A stretch of 64,000 nucleotides of DNA from an uncultured Rhodospirillales bacterium (GTDB lineage: Bacteria > Pseudomonadota > Alphaproteobacteria > Acetobacterales > Acetobacteraceae): contig CAIPLM010000249.1 of assembly GCA_903865895.1 (NCBI GenBank), positions 3,032 to 67,031 of the forward strand, written 5' to 3'. Under the pieces are notes generated by a model. It worked only from the letters and a program-made list of their open reading frames with translations, was not told the origin of the DNA and searched no databases. The position numbers and the translations under genes are program-made. Positions 35,252-47,211 of this stretch are shown in pieces (position 1 is the first letter of the stretch; every line of letters starts with the position of its first letter).

Positions 35252-35851
35252 TCAGTTCGGCCTGGTGGCGAAGCCGAGGAAGCCGGCTTGAGGGTTGGGC
35301 ACGCCGGGATCATTGCCATAGGCCTGCCGCACCGGCGCCGGCGCGGCGGTCCGCACAGGGGCGGATGGTGCGGGCATTGGAGCCGGACGCGCCTCGGCTA
35401 CCTTCGGGACGGCCGGAGCCTTGGCACCGCCGCCGGGCGCCGGCGCGCCAGATGCCCGGCTGGTGCGCATGGAGAGCAGCAGGAAGGTGATGTCGTTGCG
35501 GCCAAGATCGACCGAGAGCTCGATCGAGGTCAGCCCAAGCATATTGCGCGCCTCGACGTCGGCACCGCGGTTCAGCGCCTCGCGGGCCGATGCGATATCG
35601 CCGCGATTGACGGCATCGAACAACGCCTCGTTCGGCGCCAGGGCGCTGGGCGGCGCGGTGCGTTCCGCCGCCCCTGGCACCGCGCTGGCGCCCGGCAGGG
35701 CGGCCGGTATGGTCTCGGCCTTCGGGGCGGTCAGCGGCTTGGCCGACACCGCACGGTTCTGCGCCGCCGCGGGGCCGCCGGCCAGCAGGCCGGTCATCGC
35801 CGGCGCGCCGATCAGCAGCGCGGTCATCCAGGCGTTTCGGGCAAATCGCAT
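35252..35851 (-). CDS. secreted ankyrin-repeat protein with Pro/Ala-rich tail
   Basis: Internal ATG at 35851 gives the signal peptide MRFARNAWMTALLIGAPAMTGLLAGGPAAAQ. ANK-like segment: LFDAVNRGDIASAREALNRGADVEARNMLGLTSIELSV. Confidence 0.65.
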   Translation of the reverse strand: MRFARNAWMTALLIGAPAMTGLLAGGPAAAQNRAVSAKPLTAPKAETIPAALPGASAVPGAAERTAPPSALAPNEALFDAVNRGDIASAREALNRGADVEARNMLGLTSIELSVDLGRNDITFLLLSMRTSRASGAPAPGGGAKAPAVPKVAEARPAPMPAPSAPVRTAAPAPVRQAYGNDPGVPNPQAGFLGFATRPN

Positions 35852-35867
35852 CGCGGCAGCTCCAGGT

Positions 35868-36359
35868 CTAGCCGGGGTTGAGCCATGCGAACCCGGCATT
35901 GAGATACGTGGCATAGCACGTCCAGATCGCGTAAGGCACCAGCAGCCCGGCCGCAAGCCCATCGCGCCGGCGGAAGGCCGCGATCGTGCCGCCGATCAAG
36001 CCGAGCAGCGCCACGACGATCACCAGTGCAAGGCCAAGGCGATGGGCGCCGAAGAACACCGGCGTCCAGATCGCGTTGGCGGCGAGCTGAGCGAACCACA
36101 GGCCGAGCGCCGCCCGCCGCGCCGCCCCGCCCTGTCGCCAGATGCGCCAGGCCGCGATTCCCATCAGGATATAGAGCGTCGTCCACACTGGCCCGAACAG
36201 CCAGTCCGGCGGCGTTCCGGGCGGGCGGATCAGCGTGGGATACCAGGTTTTCACGTTGGCCGCGGTGACCCAGCCACCGAGACCGCCGGCCAACAGGCAC
36301 AGGCCGATGAAGCCCACGAGCGCCAATAGCGAGAGGGTCGGGCGGGCGGGAGCGGTCAT
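35868..36359 (-). CDS. tspO: TspO/MBR tryptophan-rich sensory protein
   Basis: Internal ATG at 36359. Five-TM Trp-rich sequence: WYPTLIRPPGTPPDWLFGPVWTTLYILMGIAAW...LLVPYAIWTCYATYLN. Confidence 0.85.
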   Translation of the reverse strand: MTAPARPTLSLLALVGFIGLCLLAGGLGGWVTAANVKTWYPTLIRPPGTPPDWLFGPVWTTLYILMGIAAWRIWRQGGAARRAALGLWFAQLAANAIWTPVFFGAHRLGLALVIVVALLGLIGGTIAAFRRRDGLAAGLLVPYAIWTCYATYLNAGFAWLNPG

Positions 36360-36367
36360 GGTCCGGT

Positions 36368-38500
36368 TCAGGCCGATTCCTGGTGCCACGCCAGCAGGAT
36401 CAGGCCGAGCATCAACGGCAAAGCAAGCCAAGTCGGCAATAGCGGCGTGGTCGCGATGCCACTGACGATATGGTCATGCCGGCGCTGCAAGCCAATCCAG
36501 CTCGCGCCGGACGTTTCCCGCCCGGGCTCGGTGCGGCGCAGGGCGGGTGCCCCCGATGGGTCGAGGAAGTGCACGCTGCCGGCACTCGCGCGGATCACCG
36601 GGGCGAGGATGGTCCCGGTCGCCCGCATATCGGCAAATTCCGGCGGGTTGGCGGCGCCCGCGGCGGCAAAGGCGCGCATGGTGCCGTCGCTGACCTGCCA
36701 CACCCCCGGCGCCGTCGCCGGCAGTGCGGCCCGCGCTCGCCCGGGGCGACTTGGGGCGAGGGCGAGCGTCTGGCTGCGTCCGTCGGGATCGGTCACCGTC
36801 ACCGCGCCGGGCGGCGCCGCCTCGGTGCCGCGCCGCTCGATGCCGAGCACCCCTTTCTCGACGCGGGCGACCAGCGCGGTCTCCTCCAGCTCCGGCTCCT
36901 TCATCAGCCAATGCGCGATCCGCCGCAGCAACTCGGCCTGCGGCCCGCCACCCTCATGCCCGCGCGACCACAGCCAGATCTGATCGGAGAGCAACATCGC
37001 CACCCGCCCCTGCTCGACGTGGTCGAGCAGCAGCACCGGCGCCCGCCCATCCGGCCCGCTCGGGTCCGGCGCGTCCATCAGCGTTTCGCCGCGGATCTCG
37101 ACCGGCGCGATGCGGCGATACCAGCTGCCCCAGGGCGTATCCCCACCCTGGACTGCCCCCGCCTTGCCGCGCCACTCCGCCAACCCCTCGGTCACCGGAT
37201 GGCGGCCCCCGAGTGCGGTCACGTTCGGGCGAAACGCCTCGTTGACCAACCCGCCGCGCGGCGCCGGGCGGGCCGGCAACACGGCGCCGAGCGGGGTGGG
37301 TGCAAGGCTGGTGGCGCCGACGAATTCCGGCCCCACGCTCATCAGCAGCGCACCGCCGCCGCGCACATAGTCGGCGATATTGCGCAGATACTGCGCCGGC
37401 AGCACGCCGCGGTTCTGGAACCGGTCGAAGATAATGAGGTCGAACTCGCGCAGCTTCACCTGGAACAGTTCGCGGACCGGAAACGCGATCAGCGCCAGCT
37501 CGTTGAGCGGCGTCAGATCGTCCTTCTCGGGCGGCCGGAGGATGGTGAAATGCACCAGATCCACCGCCGGATCCGCCTTCAGCAGCCGCCGCCAGGTCCG
37601 CTCGCCCGCATGTGGCTCGCCGGAGACCAGCAGCACCCGCAGCCGGTCCCGCACGCCGTTGATCTCGACCACCGCCTTGTTGTTGGCGCGCGATACCTCG
37701 CCCTCCAGCGGCTCGGCTTCAAGCTCCACCACCGTCGGCCCGCCGCGGGTGATCATCAGGTCGATCTGGTGCTCAAGCCCGATCGGCACGTTCTCCACCA
37801 CCGGCGGCTCGCCGTCACGGCGGATCGTCAGCTTGGCGGCGCCGAACATGGTCAGCCCGTTGCGCGCCGTGCCGAGGTCCTCCACGGTCATGCGGATGGT
37901 CGCCTGCTTGCCGACGATGCCGAAACCGGGGGCGGCAATGATGCGCACCCGCCGATCCACCTCCTCACCGCGGGCGGGCACCAGCAGATGCAGCGGCGCC
38001 TCGCCGAAGGGCGTGGTGCCGGCTGGCGGCAGGTCGTGAATTTGCCCGTCACTGATCGCCACCACACCGGCGAGGCGGGCACGCGGAATATCGGCCATGG
38101 CGCGGTCGATCGCGGTGAAGAGCTGGGTGCCCTCGCTGCCCGCTTCCGGCACGATGATGGTGCGCAGCTCAAAATCCGGCAGATCCTTCGCCGCCGCCTC
38201 GATTTTCGCCCGCGCCGCCCCCGCCAGCGCCGCGCGCGTGCCGACACCCATCGAGGCGGATTGGTCAACCACCAGCAGCCCAATATCCGGCAGCCCTTCG
38301 CGCGTCTCCTCGATCACCCGTGGCCCGGCGAGCCACAGGCACAGCACGGCAAAGGCGAAGAACCGCCAGATCGCCCCGCGCGCCCGGGTGAAGAGGCCGA
38401 CCGCCACCGCGACCAGGCAGAGCGCCGCCAGCGCGCCGATCAGCCACCACGGCACCACCGGATCGAAGCGCAGCGCGGCGATGGCTTGTTCGAACTTCAT
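36368..38500 (-). CDS. membrane protein with vWA/MIDAS-like motif (fourth gene of the MoxR/BatA-type operon)
   Basis: N-terminal double TM, DxSxS motif (LLVVDQSASMG) and a C-terminal TM. ATGA-type 4-nt overlap with the upstream gene. Confidence 0.8.
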   Translation of the reverse strand: MKFEQAIAALRFDPVVPWWLIGALAALCLVAVAVGLFTRARGAIWRFFAFAVLCLWLAGPRVIEETREGLPDIGLLVVDQSASMGVGTRAALAGAARAKIEAAAKDLPDFELRTIIVPEAGSEGTQLFTAIDRAMADIPRARLAGVVAISDGQIHDLPPAGTTPFGEAPLHLLVPARGEEVDRRVRIIAAPGFGIVGKQATIRMTVEDLGTARNGLTMFGAAKLTIRRDGEPPVVENVPIGLEHQIDLMITRGGPTVVELEAEPLEGEVSRANNKAVVEINGVRDRLRVLLVSGEPHAGERTWRRLLKADPAVDLVHFTILRPPEKDDLTPLNELALIAFPVRELFQVKLREFDLIIFDRFQNRGVLPAQYLRNIADYVRGGGALLMSVGPEFVGATSLAPTPLGAVLPARPAPRGGLVNEAFRPNVTALGGRHPVTEGLAEWRGKAGAVQGGDTPWGSWYRRIAPVEIRGETLMDAPDPSGPDGRAPVLLLDHVEQGRVAMLLSDQIWLWSRGHEGGGPQAELLRRIAHWLMKEPELEETALVARVEKGVLGIERRGTEAAPPGAVTVTDPDGRSQTLALAPSRPGRARAALPATAPGVWQVSDGTMRAFAAAGAANPPEFADMRATGTILAPVIRASAGSVHFLDPSGAPALRRTEPGRETSGASWIGLQRRHDHIVSGIATTPLLPTWLALPLMLGLILLAWHQESA

Positions 38501-41169
38501 TGCCCCAACCGCTCCAGCAGGGCCGGCACGTGCACCTGGTCGCCCTTGTAGTTGCCGGTCAGCGCGTACATCACGAGATTGACCCCGAACCGGTAGGCCA
38601 GCACCCGCTGCCGCGCCCCGCCAGGGATGGTGGCGTAGGGGTTGCGCCCCTGCGCATCGACCGCCCAGGCCGAGGCCCAGTCATGCCCGCCGATGATCAC
38701 CGGCGAGACGCCGTCATTGCTGCGGTCCTGGTCGCTCGCCACCCAGATGGCATCGCCGGCGAAGCGGCCGGGAAATTCGCTCAGCAGATAAAAGGAGCGC
38801 GCCAGCACATGCGCCTGGGTCAACTCCGCCAGCGCCGGCACCACCAGCCCGCGGCCGATCTGGCGCAATGCCGCCTCGGCCCCGGCGGAAAATCCCTCGC
38901 CCGAGCCGCCATTGCGCGTGTCGATCAGGATGATCCCGCCATTGGCCATGAACAGGTTGAGCGCCGCCACCGCCTGCCCCGTCGGTGCCGGCGCCTCGGC
39001 GGTGATCGGCCAGTAGAGCAGCGGGTAGAGCGAGAGATCGTCCTGCCCGGGCTCCACCCCGGCCGGCTCGGCCAGGGCGGCGGCGGTGCGGCGGTTGACG
39101 TAATCGGACAGGCCGATCAACCCCGCCCGCGCCACATTATCCACCTGCGCATCCCCGGTCAGCACATGAGCGAGGCGGGTGCCGCGCGCCGGGTTCTCCT
39201 CCGGCGAAAGCTGCGGCGCCTGAGCCTGCGCGAGCGGCGCGACCAGGAGAAAAGCCAGCACCGCGGTTGCCCCCAACAGCCCGCGCAGCCGCAGCGAGGC
39301 TAGCATGTCGATCGCCAGCAGCAGGATCGCCACCGCCATCAGCCACGGCGCCAGCCCGCGCTCCGGCGGAATGCCGCCCAGCGGCTCGAACGTCGCGCCG
39401 GGGATCGCCGAAGCGGCCACCGGCATCGCCATGCGATTGGCGAGGTTGAGCACACGCCGCGCCGTCTCCGGCCCGTAGATGCCAGGCGGCGCGCGCGGCC
39501 CGGGGTCGGCGCGGGCGAGTTCGGCGGCGGTCATCGCAGCCGCCACCGCCGGGGGCGCGCCGGGCTGGCCGAACCCGTCCAGCGTCTCCACCGGCGCCAG
39601 TTTCTGCGTGCTGCCCTCATCCCCGCCGGTCACGCCATTGGCCAGCTCGACCAGCCGGCGCAGCATGTCGACAAACAGGCCGGAGAGCGGCAGGTCCGAC
39701 CAATCGGCATTGGCGGTCACGTGGAACAGCACCACCTGCCCGGCGCCGCGCGTGGCATGGGTTACCAGCGGGGTGCCGTCGCCGAGCCGCGCCCAGGTGG
39801 CATCCGCGAGATGCATCCCCGGCGCCGCCAGCACCTGGCGGGTGATCTTGACCTCCGCCGGCACGGCAAGCCCCGCGAAGGGCGAGGTGGGCGCGAACCC
39901 AGCCAGCCCCGCCGGCTGACTCCAGGACATCGCGCCGCCGAGCTGGCGATCGCCTTCCAGCATTTTCACCGGCAGCAATGTATCCGGCCGCTCCGCCGTC
40001 TTGGGCCCGGCGAAGCGGATCAGCATGCCGCCCTTGCCCACCCAATTCGCCAGCACCTCGCGCTCCGGCCCGTCCGGCACCACCCGGTCGGCCAGGATCA
40101 GCACGGAAATCTCGCGCGACAGCAGCGCCGCGAGCTCCCCCTCCCGCAATTCGGTGGAGGTTTCCAACGCCCGGCGGAGATAGAACAACTGGCCGGTCAA
40201 CGGCGCCCCGGCCGCCGCCGCGTCGCCGGCCAGCAGCCCGACCGGGCGGCGGCGCCAGCGCTCGTCGAGCATCACCACCCCCGCCACGGTGGACGATCCC
40301 TCGATCACCAGCTTGGACAGCCGGTTGCGCAATTCCGGCGGCAGCAGCATCGGCGCCTCAGCCGAAGTGGCGCCGCCGGTGATCGGGACGACGATGCGTG
40401 CGAGCGTGCGACCATCGGCCGATTGCGCGGCCACCGCCACCTCGCTCGCCGCAGCCGCCACGGGATGCGCGACGCGCACCACCAGCCGATCCGGCTCGGC
40501 GCGCGGCGGCAGCAGCAGCCGCGTGCCGCCATCCTCGGCGCGCATCTCCACCACCGGCCCCACGGAAGCCAGCGCAGCGGCGAAGCGGCTCCAATCTGGC
40601 CCGCCCTCCAGCCCATCGAGGATCGCCACCACGGCGCCCGCCTTGGCCAATTGCGCCGCCTGCGCCGCCGCCGCGCGATCGACCCCCCAGGGCTTCGGCC
40701 GCAGCGCCTCGACCAGCGGCCTGGCCACCGCGGCATCCATCGCCGGCGTGGCGGAAGGCGGTGCGCCGGTCTCAGCCGGCGCTGTGGCGAGCAGCACGAC
40801 CTTGCGCCCCGCCCGCTCTGCCCGGTCCAACACCGTGCGCGCGACGACGACGCGCTTCGCCCAGTCGCGCGCCGCCGCCCAGCCATCATCGATCACCAGC
40901 AGCACCGGCCCACTGCCCGGCAAGGCGGCGCCCGATTCGAGCACGGGCTGCGCGAGCCCGATGATCACCAACCCGGCCACGACGCAGCGCAGCACCAGCA
41001 GCCAGAGCGGCGTGCGCGCCGGCGTCTCGCTGTTGGACATCAGCCCGAGCAACAGGCGGATCGCCGGGAAGCGCTCGATGCGCGGCGCCGGCGGCGTCAC
41101 CCGCAGCAGCCACCACAGCAGCGGCAGCGCGGCCAGCGCGAACAGCACCCAAGGCGCGGCGAAGATCAT
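38497..41169 (-). CDS. BatA-type N-terminal double-TM domain / DUF4159-containing membrane protein
   Basis: Internal ATG at 41169 (MIFAAPWVLFALAALPLLWWLLRVTPP...) overlaps the DUF58 gene stop (ATGA). The C-terminal end (...VIIGGHDWASAWAVD...VMYALTGNYKGDQVHV) is DUF4159-like. Confidence 0.85.
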   Translation of the reverse strand: MIFAAPWVLFALAALPLLWWLLRVTPPAPRIERFPAIRLLLGLMSNSETPARTPLWLLVLRCVVAGLVIIGLAQPVLESGAALPGSGPVLLVIDDGWAAARDWAKRVVVARTVLDRAERAGRKVVLLATAPAETGAPPSATPAMDAAVARPLVEALRPKPWGVDRAAAAQAAQLAKAGAVVAILDGLEGGPDWSRFAAALASVGPVVEMRAEDGGTRLLLPPRAEPDRLVVRVAHPVAAAASEVAVAAQSADGRTLARIVVPITGGATSAEAPMLLPPELRNRLSKLVIEGSSTVAGVVMLDERWRRRPVGLLAGDAAAAGAPLTGQLFYLRRALETSTELREGELAALLSREISVLILADRVVPDGPEREVLANWVGKGGMLIRFAGPKTAERPDTLLPVKMLEGDRQLGGAMSWSQPAGLAGFAPTSPFAGLAVPAEVKITRQVLAAPGMHLADATWARLGDGTPLVTHATRGAGQVVLFHVTANADWSDLPLSGLFVDMLRRLVELANGVTGGDEGSTQKLAPVETLDGFGQPGAPPAVAAAMTAAELARADPGPRAPPGIYGPETARRVLNLANRMAMPVAASAIPGATFEPLGGIPPERGLAPWLMAVAILLLAIDMLASLRLRGLLGATAVLAFLLVAPLAQAQAPQLSPEENPARGTRLAHVLTGDAQVDNVARAGLIGLSDYVNRRTAAALAEPAGVEPGQDDLSLYPLLYWPITAEAPAPTGQAVAALNLFMANGGIILIDTRNGGSGEGFSAGAEAALRQIGRGLVVPALAELTQAHVLARSFYLLSEFPGRFAGDAIWVASDQDRSNDGVSPVIIGGHDWASAWAVDAQGRNPYATIPGGARQRVLAYRFGVNLVMYALTGNYKGDQVHVPALLERLGQ

Positions 41170-42019
41170 CGGCGGCCGAGCTGCGGCGCCAGCGCCGTGT
41201 AGAGGCCAAGCAGCGCGGATTCCGCGGGATGATCGGTGCGATGGATGGTGAAACCCCAGCCGGCGGCTCGGCAAATCGCCCGCAACCCGTCCTGCTGCGC
41301 CGCCAGCCGCTCCCCATAGGCCTCCCGCACGCCCTCGACGCGGGCGATCAGGGTGGAGACTTCGCGCCGTACCCCCTCGAAGCGCACCCGCCCCTCATAG
41401 GGCAGCACCGCCTCGGCTGGGTCCAGCACCTGCAGCAGATGGCCGCGCACGGGGATGGAGGCCATGCGCCCGACCGCCTGCTGGATCACCTCCAGCGGCG
41501 CGAGGAAATCGCCGATCAGCACCACCTGGGCATGGCGAGGAAGCGGCACTTCTGGCGGCACCCCCTCGCCGGCGGGCTGGCGCGCCACCAACTCGGCCAG
41601 GCGCTCCACGCTGGAAACCGCGCGCCCCTCGCTGCCCAGCAGCCGCACGCGCTCGCCGCCGCGGATCAGCAGCGCGGCGAGTGCCAGCAGCAGCAACTCG
41701 GCGCGCTCGGCCTTTTCCACCGGCGCGCCCTTGCGCCAGCGCATGCTCTCGCCGCCATCGCGCCAAAGCGCCACCGTCTGCGCCGCCTCCCACTCGGTCT
41801 CGCGGATGAAGGCACGATCGGAGCGGGCGGATTGCCGCCAGTCGATCCGGTTGACCGCATCGCCCGGCAGAAAGGGCCGATATTGCCAGAAACTATCGCC
41901 CTGGCCGACCCGGCGCCGCCCGTGCACGCCCTGCGCCACCGTCGCGGCCACCCGCTCGGCGGCGACCAGCAGCGGCGGCAGCGTGGCGCCGAGCGCCTCG
42001 GCGCGGCGGGCGAGTGCGC

Positions 42020-42023
<4 letters not shown>
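41166..42023 (-). CDS. DUF58 domain protein
   Basis: 285 aa. The GDSFWQYRPFLPGDAVNRIDWRQSAR motif is typical of DUF58 partners of MoxR ATPases. 4-nt overlaps on both sides. Confidence 0.85.
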
Positions 42024-43030
<1,007 letters not shown>

Positions 43031-43122
43031 GGGTCGGATCCTCGGCTGGCGCAGATAACAAATAGGGCTGCGGTGACACGCTGCCACTTCCCCCGGACGG
43101 GGGATGCTACCTATATCTTCCC

Positions 43123-43734
43123 ATGGGGCGAAAGACCGTCCGAGGGTGCAATGTCGTGAATGAGGCCTTGCCGGCGATAAATGATCTCCTTGATGGCGCC
43201 CGGGCCAGACCCCGGCGCGCGCCCGTGGAGTGCGGAGATCTGCCGTTCGTCATCCGGCGCGACGGCTCGTGGCTCTATTGCGGCACGCCGATCAACCGCA
43301 AGGAGCTGGTTTGCCTGTTCGCCTCGGTGCTGACGCGCGAGGCGTGCGGCGATTTCTACCTGCAAACCCCCGCCGAACGCGGGCGTATCGTGGTGGAGGA
43401 TGCGCCCTTCGTCGCGGTCGAGCTGAACTGGACCGGCATCGGGCCGGACCAGGCGCTCACCTTCCGCACCAATGTCGACCAGATGGTCACCGCCGGGCGC
43501 GAACACCGCATCCGCATCGCCTATGACGTGGTGACCTGCGAGCCCACCCCCTACCTCACCGTGCGCGCCGGCGATGGCGCCCACCCGATCGAGGCGCGCA
43601 TCGGCCGCGCCGTCTATTACGAACTGATCGCCCTGGCCGAGGCCGGCGAGGTCAACGGGCGCAGCGTGCTGGGCGTGTGGAGCGGCGGCTGCTTCTTCCC
43701 GCTGGGTGACCTGCCGGATGAGGAAGACGCCTGA
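43123..43734 (+). CDS. DUF1285 domain protein
   Basis: ...LPFVIRRDGSWLYCGTPINRKELVCLFASVL...FYLQTPAERGRIVVEDAPF... The start could instead be GTG 43156, which has GAGGG upstream. Confidence 0.75.
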   Translation: MGRKTVRGCNVVNEALPAINDLLDGARARPRRAPVECGDLPFVIRRDGSWLYCGTPINRKELVCLFASVLTREACGDFYLQTPAERGRIVVEDAPFVAVELNWTGIGPDQALTFRTNVDQMVTAGREHRIRIAYDVVTCEPTPYLTVRAGDGAHPIEARIGRAVYYELIALAEAGEVNGRSVLGVWSGGCFFPLGDLPDEEDA

Positions 43735-44386
43735 CGTGGATGAATCCGAACTGCGCGCCCGCCTCGCCACCCCCGCCCCCCCGCGCCCGCCGCAGCGCGG
43801 CACCATCGAGGTGGATAACCCCCCCTCGCTCGCCGCCCCCTTCGGCAGTGACGAAGGCTGGACCCTGGCCGACCAGCCGCTGGTGCCCGCCGCCGTGCTG
43901 GTCTCCTTCCTGCAAGGGCGCGAGCGCGGCGTGCTGCTGACCAAGCGCACCGCCCATCTCAACAAGCACGCCGGCCAGGTCAGCTTCCCCGGCGGACGGA
44001 TCGACCCCGGCGACGGCAGCCCCGAGGCGGCCGCCCTGCGGGAGGCGCAGGAGGAGGTCGGGCTCGATCCCGCGCTGGTCGAGATCACCGGCCGCCTCGG
44101 CGACTACGTTACCGGCACCGGCTATCGCATCACCCCCATCGTCGGCCTGCTGCCGCGCGGGCGGGATCTCGACGAGCTCGCACTCTCTCCCTCGCCGGAC
44201 GAGGTGGCGAGCGTCTTTGCCCTGCCGATGTCCGTGCTGCTTGACCCCGCCGCCCCGCAGCGCCGCCGCGCGCATTATCGCGGGCGCTGGCGGGAATTCT
44301 GGGTCTGGCCGCACCCGGACCACTACGTCTGGGGGGCCACCGCGGCGATCCTGGTCCATCTCGCCGAACGGCTGCGCGGCGCCTGA
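43706..44386 (+). CDS. CoA pyrophosphatase (NUDIX, NudL-like)
   Basis: Nudix box: VSFPGGRIDPGDGSPEAAALREAQEEVGL. An alternative in-frame GTG start at 43736 lies just after the upstream stop. Confidence 0.8.
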   Translation: MTCRMRKTPDVDESELRARLATPAPPRPPQRGTIEVDNPPSLAAPFGSDEGWTLADQPLVPAAVLVSFLQGRERGVLLTKRTAHLNKHAGQVSFPGGRIDPGDGSPEAAALREAQEEVGLDPALVEITGRLGDYVTGTGYRITPIVGLLPRGRDLDELALSPSPDEVASVFALPMSVLLDPAAPQRRRAHYRGRWREFWVWPHPDHYVWGATAAILVHLAERLRGA

Positions 44387-44631
44387 TGCTTGTCCTGGCC
44401 GAAATCGGCCTGTTCCTGTTCCCGACCGCGCTCTACGTCGCCTGGCTCTATGCCGGCAACCACACGCCGCGCTGGGCGGTGTGGGTGACGCTGGGGGTAA
44501 CCGCGGTGATCGCTGCCGGCATCATCCGCTTCGGCATCACCAACGCCATCGCGCCCGACGCCGCCTACGTGCCCGCCCATATCGAGGATGGCCGCATCGT
44601 GCCGGGCCACGCCGCGCCGAAACGGCGGTGA
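44386..44631 (+). CDS. small two-TM membrane protein
   Basis: 81 aa. TGATG overlaps at both ends link it translationally to the NudL-like gene and cca. Confidence 0.55.
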   Translation: MLVLAEIGLFLFPTALYVAWLYAGNHTPRWAVWVTLGVTAVIAAGIIRFGITNAIAPDAAYVPAHIEDGRIVPGHAAPKRR

Positions 44632-45800
44632 TGACGACCCCACCCGAATTCCTCGCCGCGCCTTCCCTGCGTGCGGTGCTCGCCGCCCTGCCGAATGCCC
44701 GCATCGCCGGTGGCGCGGTGCGCGATGCGCTGGCGGGATGCGCGGTCGCCGATATCGACCTCGCCACCCCCGAACCGCCGGACGCGATGATCGCCGCACT
44801 GCGCGCCGCCGGCATCCGCCCCATCCCTACCGGCCTCGCACACGGCACCGTCACCGCCGTGGTGGGGAGCTCGAGCTTCGAGATCACCACGCTGCGACGG
44901 GACGTAGAGACCGATGGGCGACATGCCCGAGTTGAATTTACCGACGACTGGCGCGAGGACGCGGCGCGGCGCGATTTCACCATCAACGCCATGTCGATGG
45001 ACCGCGATGGGCGGGTGTTCGATTATTTCGGCGGGATGGATGATCTCGCGGCCGGCCGCGTGCGCTTCGTCGGCGACGCTGCGACACGCATCGCCGAGGA
45101 CTACCTGCGCATCCTCCGCTTCTTCCGTTTCCATTCCCGCTACGGGCGCGGGGAACCCGATGCGGCGGCGGTCGCCGCCATCGCCGCCGCAGCGCCGCAT
45201 CTCGCACGCCTATCGCCCGAGCGCATCTGGAGCGAGCTCAAACGCATCCTCGCCGCTGCCACGCCGAGCGAGGCGGTGCATCTGATGGAAGCGCTCGGCG
45301 TGCTCGCCGTGGCGCTACCCGGAGGCGCCGATCCCGCCGCGCTCGATCGCCTGCTCGCCCATGCCGCGCCGCCCGACCCGTTGCTGCGCTTCGCCGCGCT
45401 CTCGTCGGACGACCCGGAGGGCGTCGCCGCCGCGCTGCGCCTGTCCGGCGCCGAGCGGTACAGCCTCATCGCCCTGCGCGATGCGCCCGCATTGGGTCCC
45501 GAAGTTGATGCGACAGCCATCCGCGTCGCGCTGGCGGACTGGCCGCGCGAGGCACTGATCGGGCGTGCCTGGCTCGCCCATGGCGACCACGCCGCCATTG
45601 CCCGCATCGAAGCCACCGAGGCGCCCGAGTTCCCGCTGCGCGGGCGTGACCTCGCGGCCGCCGGTGTGGCCGCCGGGCGGACGATGGGCGCGCTGCTGCG
45701 CGAGATAAGGGCATGGTGGCTCGCGGGCGGCTGCATCGCCGATGCAGCCGCCTGCCGGGCCGAACTGGCGCGGCGGTTGGGCGGAGCCTCAGTGGCCTGA
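44631..45800 (+). CDS. cca: CCA tRNA nucleotidyltransferase / poly(A) polymerase family
   Basis: Internal ATG at 44631 ([12 protein letters not shown]...). GGAVRDAL...DIDLAT...RRDFTINAM motifs. Confidence 0.85.
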   Translation: MTTPPEFLAAPSLRAVLAALPNARIAGGAVRDALAGCAVADIDLATPEPPDAMIAALRAAGIRPIPTGLAHGTVTAVVGSSSFEITTLRRDVETDGRHARVEFTDDWREDAARRDFTINAMSMDRDGRVFDYFGGMDDLAAGRVRFVGDAATRIAEDYLRILRFFRFHSRYGRGEPDAAAVAAIAAAAPHLARLSPERIWSELKRILAAATPSEAVHLMEALGVLAVALPGGADPAALDRLLAHAAPPDPLLRFAALSSDDPEGVAAALRLSGAERYSLIALRDAPALGPEVDATAIRVALADWPREALIGRAWLAHGDHAAIARIEATEAPEFPLRGRDLAAAGVAAGRTMGALLREIRAWWLAGGCIADAAACRAELARRLGGASVA

Positions 45801-47198
45801 ATTGGCCCCGGAGAAATCCGGCGCTTCCAGGCCCGAGGCCGCAAGCTGCTCCACCAGCGCCGCCTTCAGCCGGTCGAGCCCGATCTCCGAATTGGCCTCG
45901 CAGCGCGCCACCAGCACCGCCTGGGTGTTGGACGCCCGCAGCAGCCACCAGCCATCGGCGGTGGAGACGCGCACGCCGTCATTATCGGCGACCTCGGCGC
46001 CCACCGCCTTCAGCCGGCCGGCCACTTCCTCAATCACCGCGAACTTGCGCACATCGTCGCAGTTGAAGCGCAGCTCCGGCGTGTTGATCACCTGCGGCAG
46101 CGCCTCGCGCACCGCCGAGAGCTTGCCCTCCATGCGCGCGACGATCCCAAGCAGGCGGACGCCGGCGTAGAGCGCGTCGTCAAAGCCGTACCATCTGTCG
46201 TTGAAGAAGATATGGCCCGACATCTCGCCGGCCAGCGGACAGCCGGTCTCGGCCATTTTCGCCTTGATGAGGGAATGCCCGGTCTTCCACATCAGCGGAT
46301 TGCCGCCGGCCCGCGCCACCTCGTCGAACAGCACCTGGCTCGCCTTGACGTCGGCGATGATGGTGGCGCCCGGGTGGGTCTTCAGCACGTCGCGCGCCAG
46401 CACCACCAGCAACTGATCGCCGAACATCATGGTGCCGCTGTCATCCACCACGCCGATGCGATCCGCGTCGCCATCGAAGGCAATGCCGAGATCGGCGCCG
46501 CGGGCGCGCACCTCATGGATCAGCGCCTCCACGTTCTTCAGCACCGTGGGGTCCGGGTGGTGGTTGGGGAAGGTGCCGTCGATCTCGGGGTAGAGCACCG
46601 TGTGGTTGCCGGGCAGCCGCTTCACCAGCCGCTCCAGCACCGCGCCGGCGGCGCCGTTGCCGTTGTCCCACACCACGTTGAGTGCACGCGTGCCGCCGTC
46701 CCAGTCCTGCGCCAGGCGGTCGATGTATTCCTCGGAGACGTCGATCGTCCGCACCCCGCCGGCGCCCTCGGCCACCACGTCGCCCGCGGCGGCCATGCGG
46801 CCGATATCGGTGATCTGCTTGCCGAAGAAGGGCTTGCCGGCCAGCATCATCTTGAAGCCGTTGTAGTTCGGCGGATTATGGCTGCCGGTCAGCATCACCG
46901 CGCCGCCGGTCTTCCCCACGGTGGCCGCGTAATACAGCATCGGCGTCGGCCCGAGGCCGATCCGGGTGACATCCATCCCTGAGGCGCGCAGCCCGGCGAC
47001 CAGCGCCGCCTCCAGCGAAGGCGAGGACACCCGCCCGTCATAGCCGACCGCAACCGTGCTGCCGCCGTTGCGCGCGACCACGGTGCCGAAGCAGCGGCCG
47101 ATGGCGAAGGCATCCGCCTCATGCAGCGTCTGCCCGACGATGCCGCGAATATCGTATTCGCGCAGCACGGTGGGATTGAAAGCGTGAACGAAACTCAT
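45789..47198 (-). CDS. phosphomannomutase/phosphoglucomutase
   Basis: Active-site loop [13 protein letters not shown] and metal loop FDGDADR. 469 aa. Confidence 0.9.
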   Translation of the reverse strand: MSFVHAFNPTVLREYDIRGIVGQTLHEADAFAIGRCFGTVVARNGGSTVAVGYDGRVSSPSLEAALVAGLRASGMDVTRIGLGPTPMLYYAATVGKTGGAVMLTGSHNPPNYNGFKMMLAGKPFFGKQITDIGRMAAAGDVVAEGAGGVRTIDVSEEYIDRLAQDWDGGTRALNVVWDNGNGAAGAVLERLVKRLPGNHTVLYPEIDGTFPNHHPDPTVLKNVEALIHEVRARGADLGIAFDGDADRIGVVDDSGTMMFGDQLLVVLARDVLKTHPGATIIADVKASQVLFDEVARAGGNPLMWKTGHSLIKAKMAETGCPLAGEMSGHIFFNDRWYGFDDALYAGVRLLGIVARMEGKLSAVREALPQVINTPELRFNCDDVRKFAVIEEVAGRLKAVGAEVADNDGVRVSTADGWWLLRASNTQAVLVARCEANSEIGLDRLKAALVEQLAASGLEAPDFSGANSGH

Positions 47199-47211
47199 GC
47201 TGGTGACCCGC

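Noticed and set aside
36470-41251. Plus-strand ORFs 36470..38551, 38500..39303, 39721..41202 and 40289..41251
   Set aside because: They are antisense shadows of the vWA-like and BatA/DUF4159 genes, with Arg/Pro/His-rich translations.
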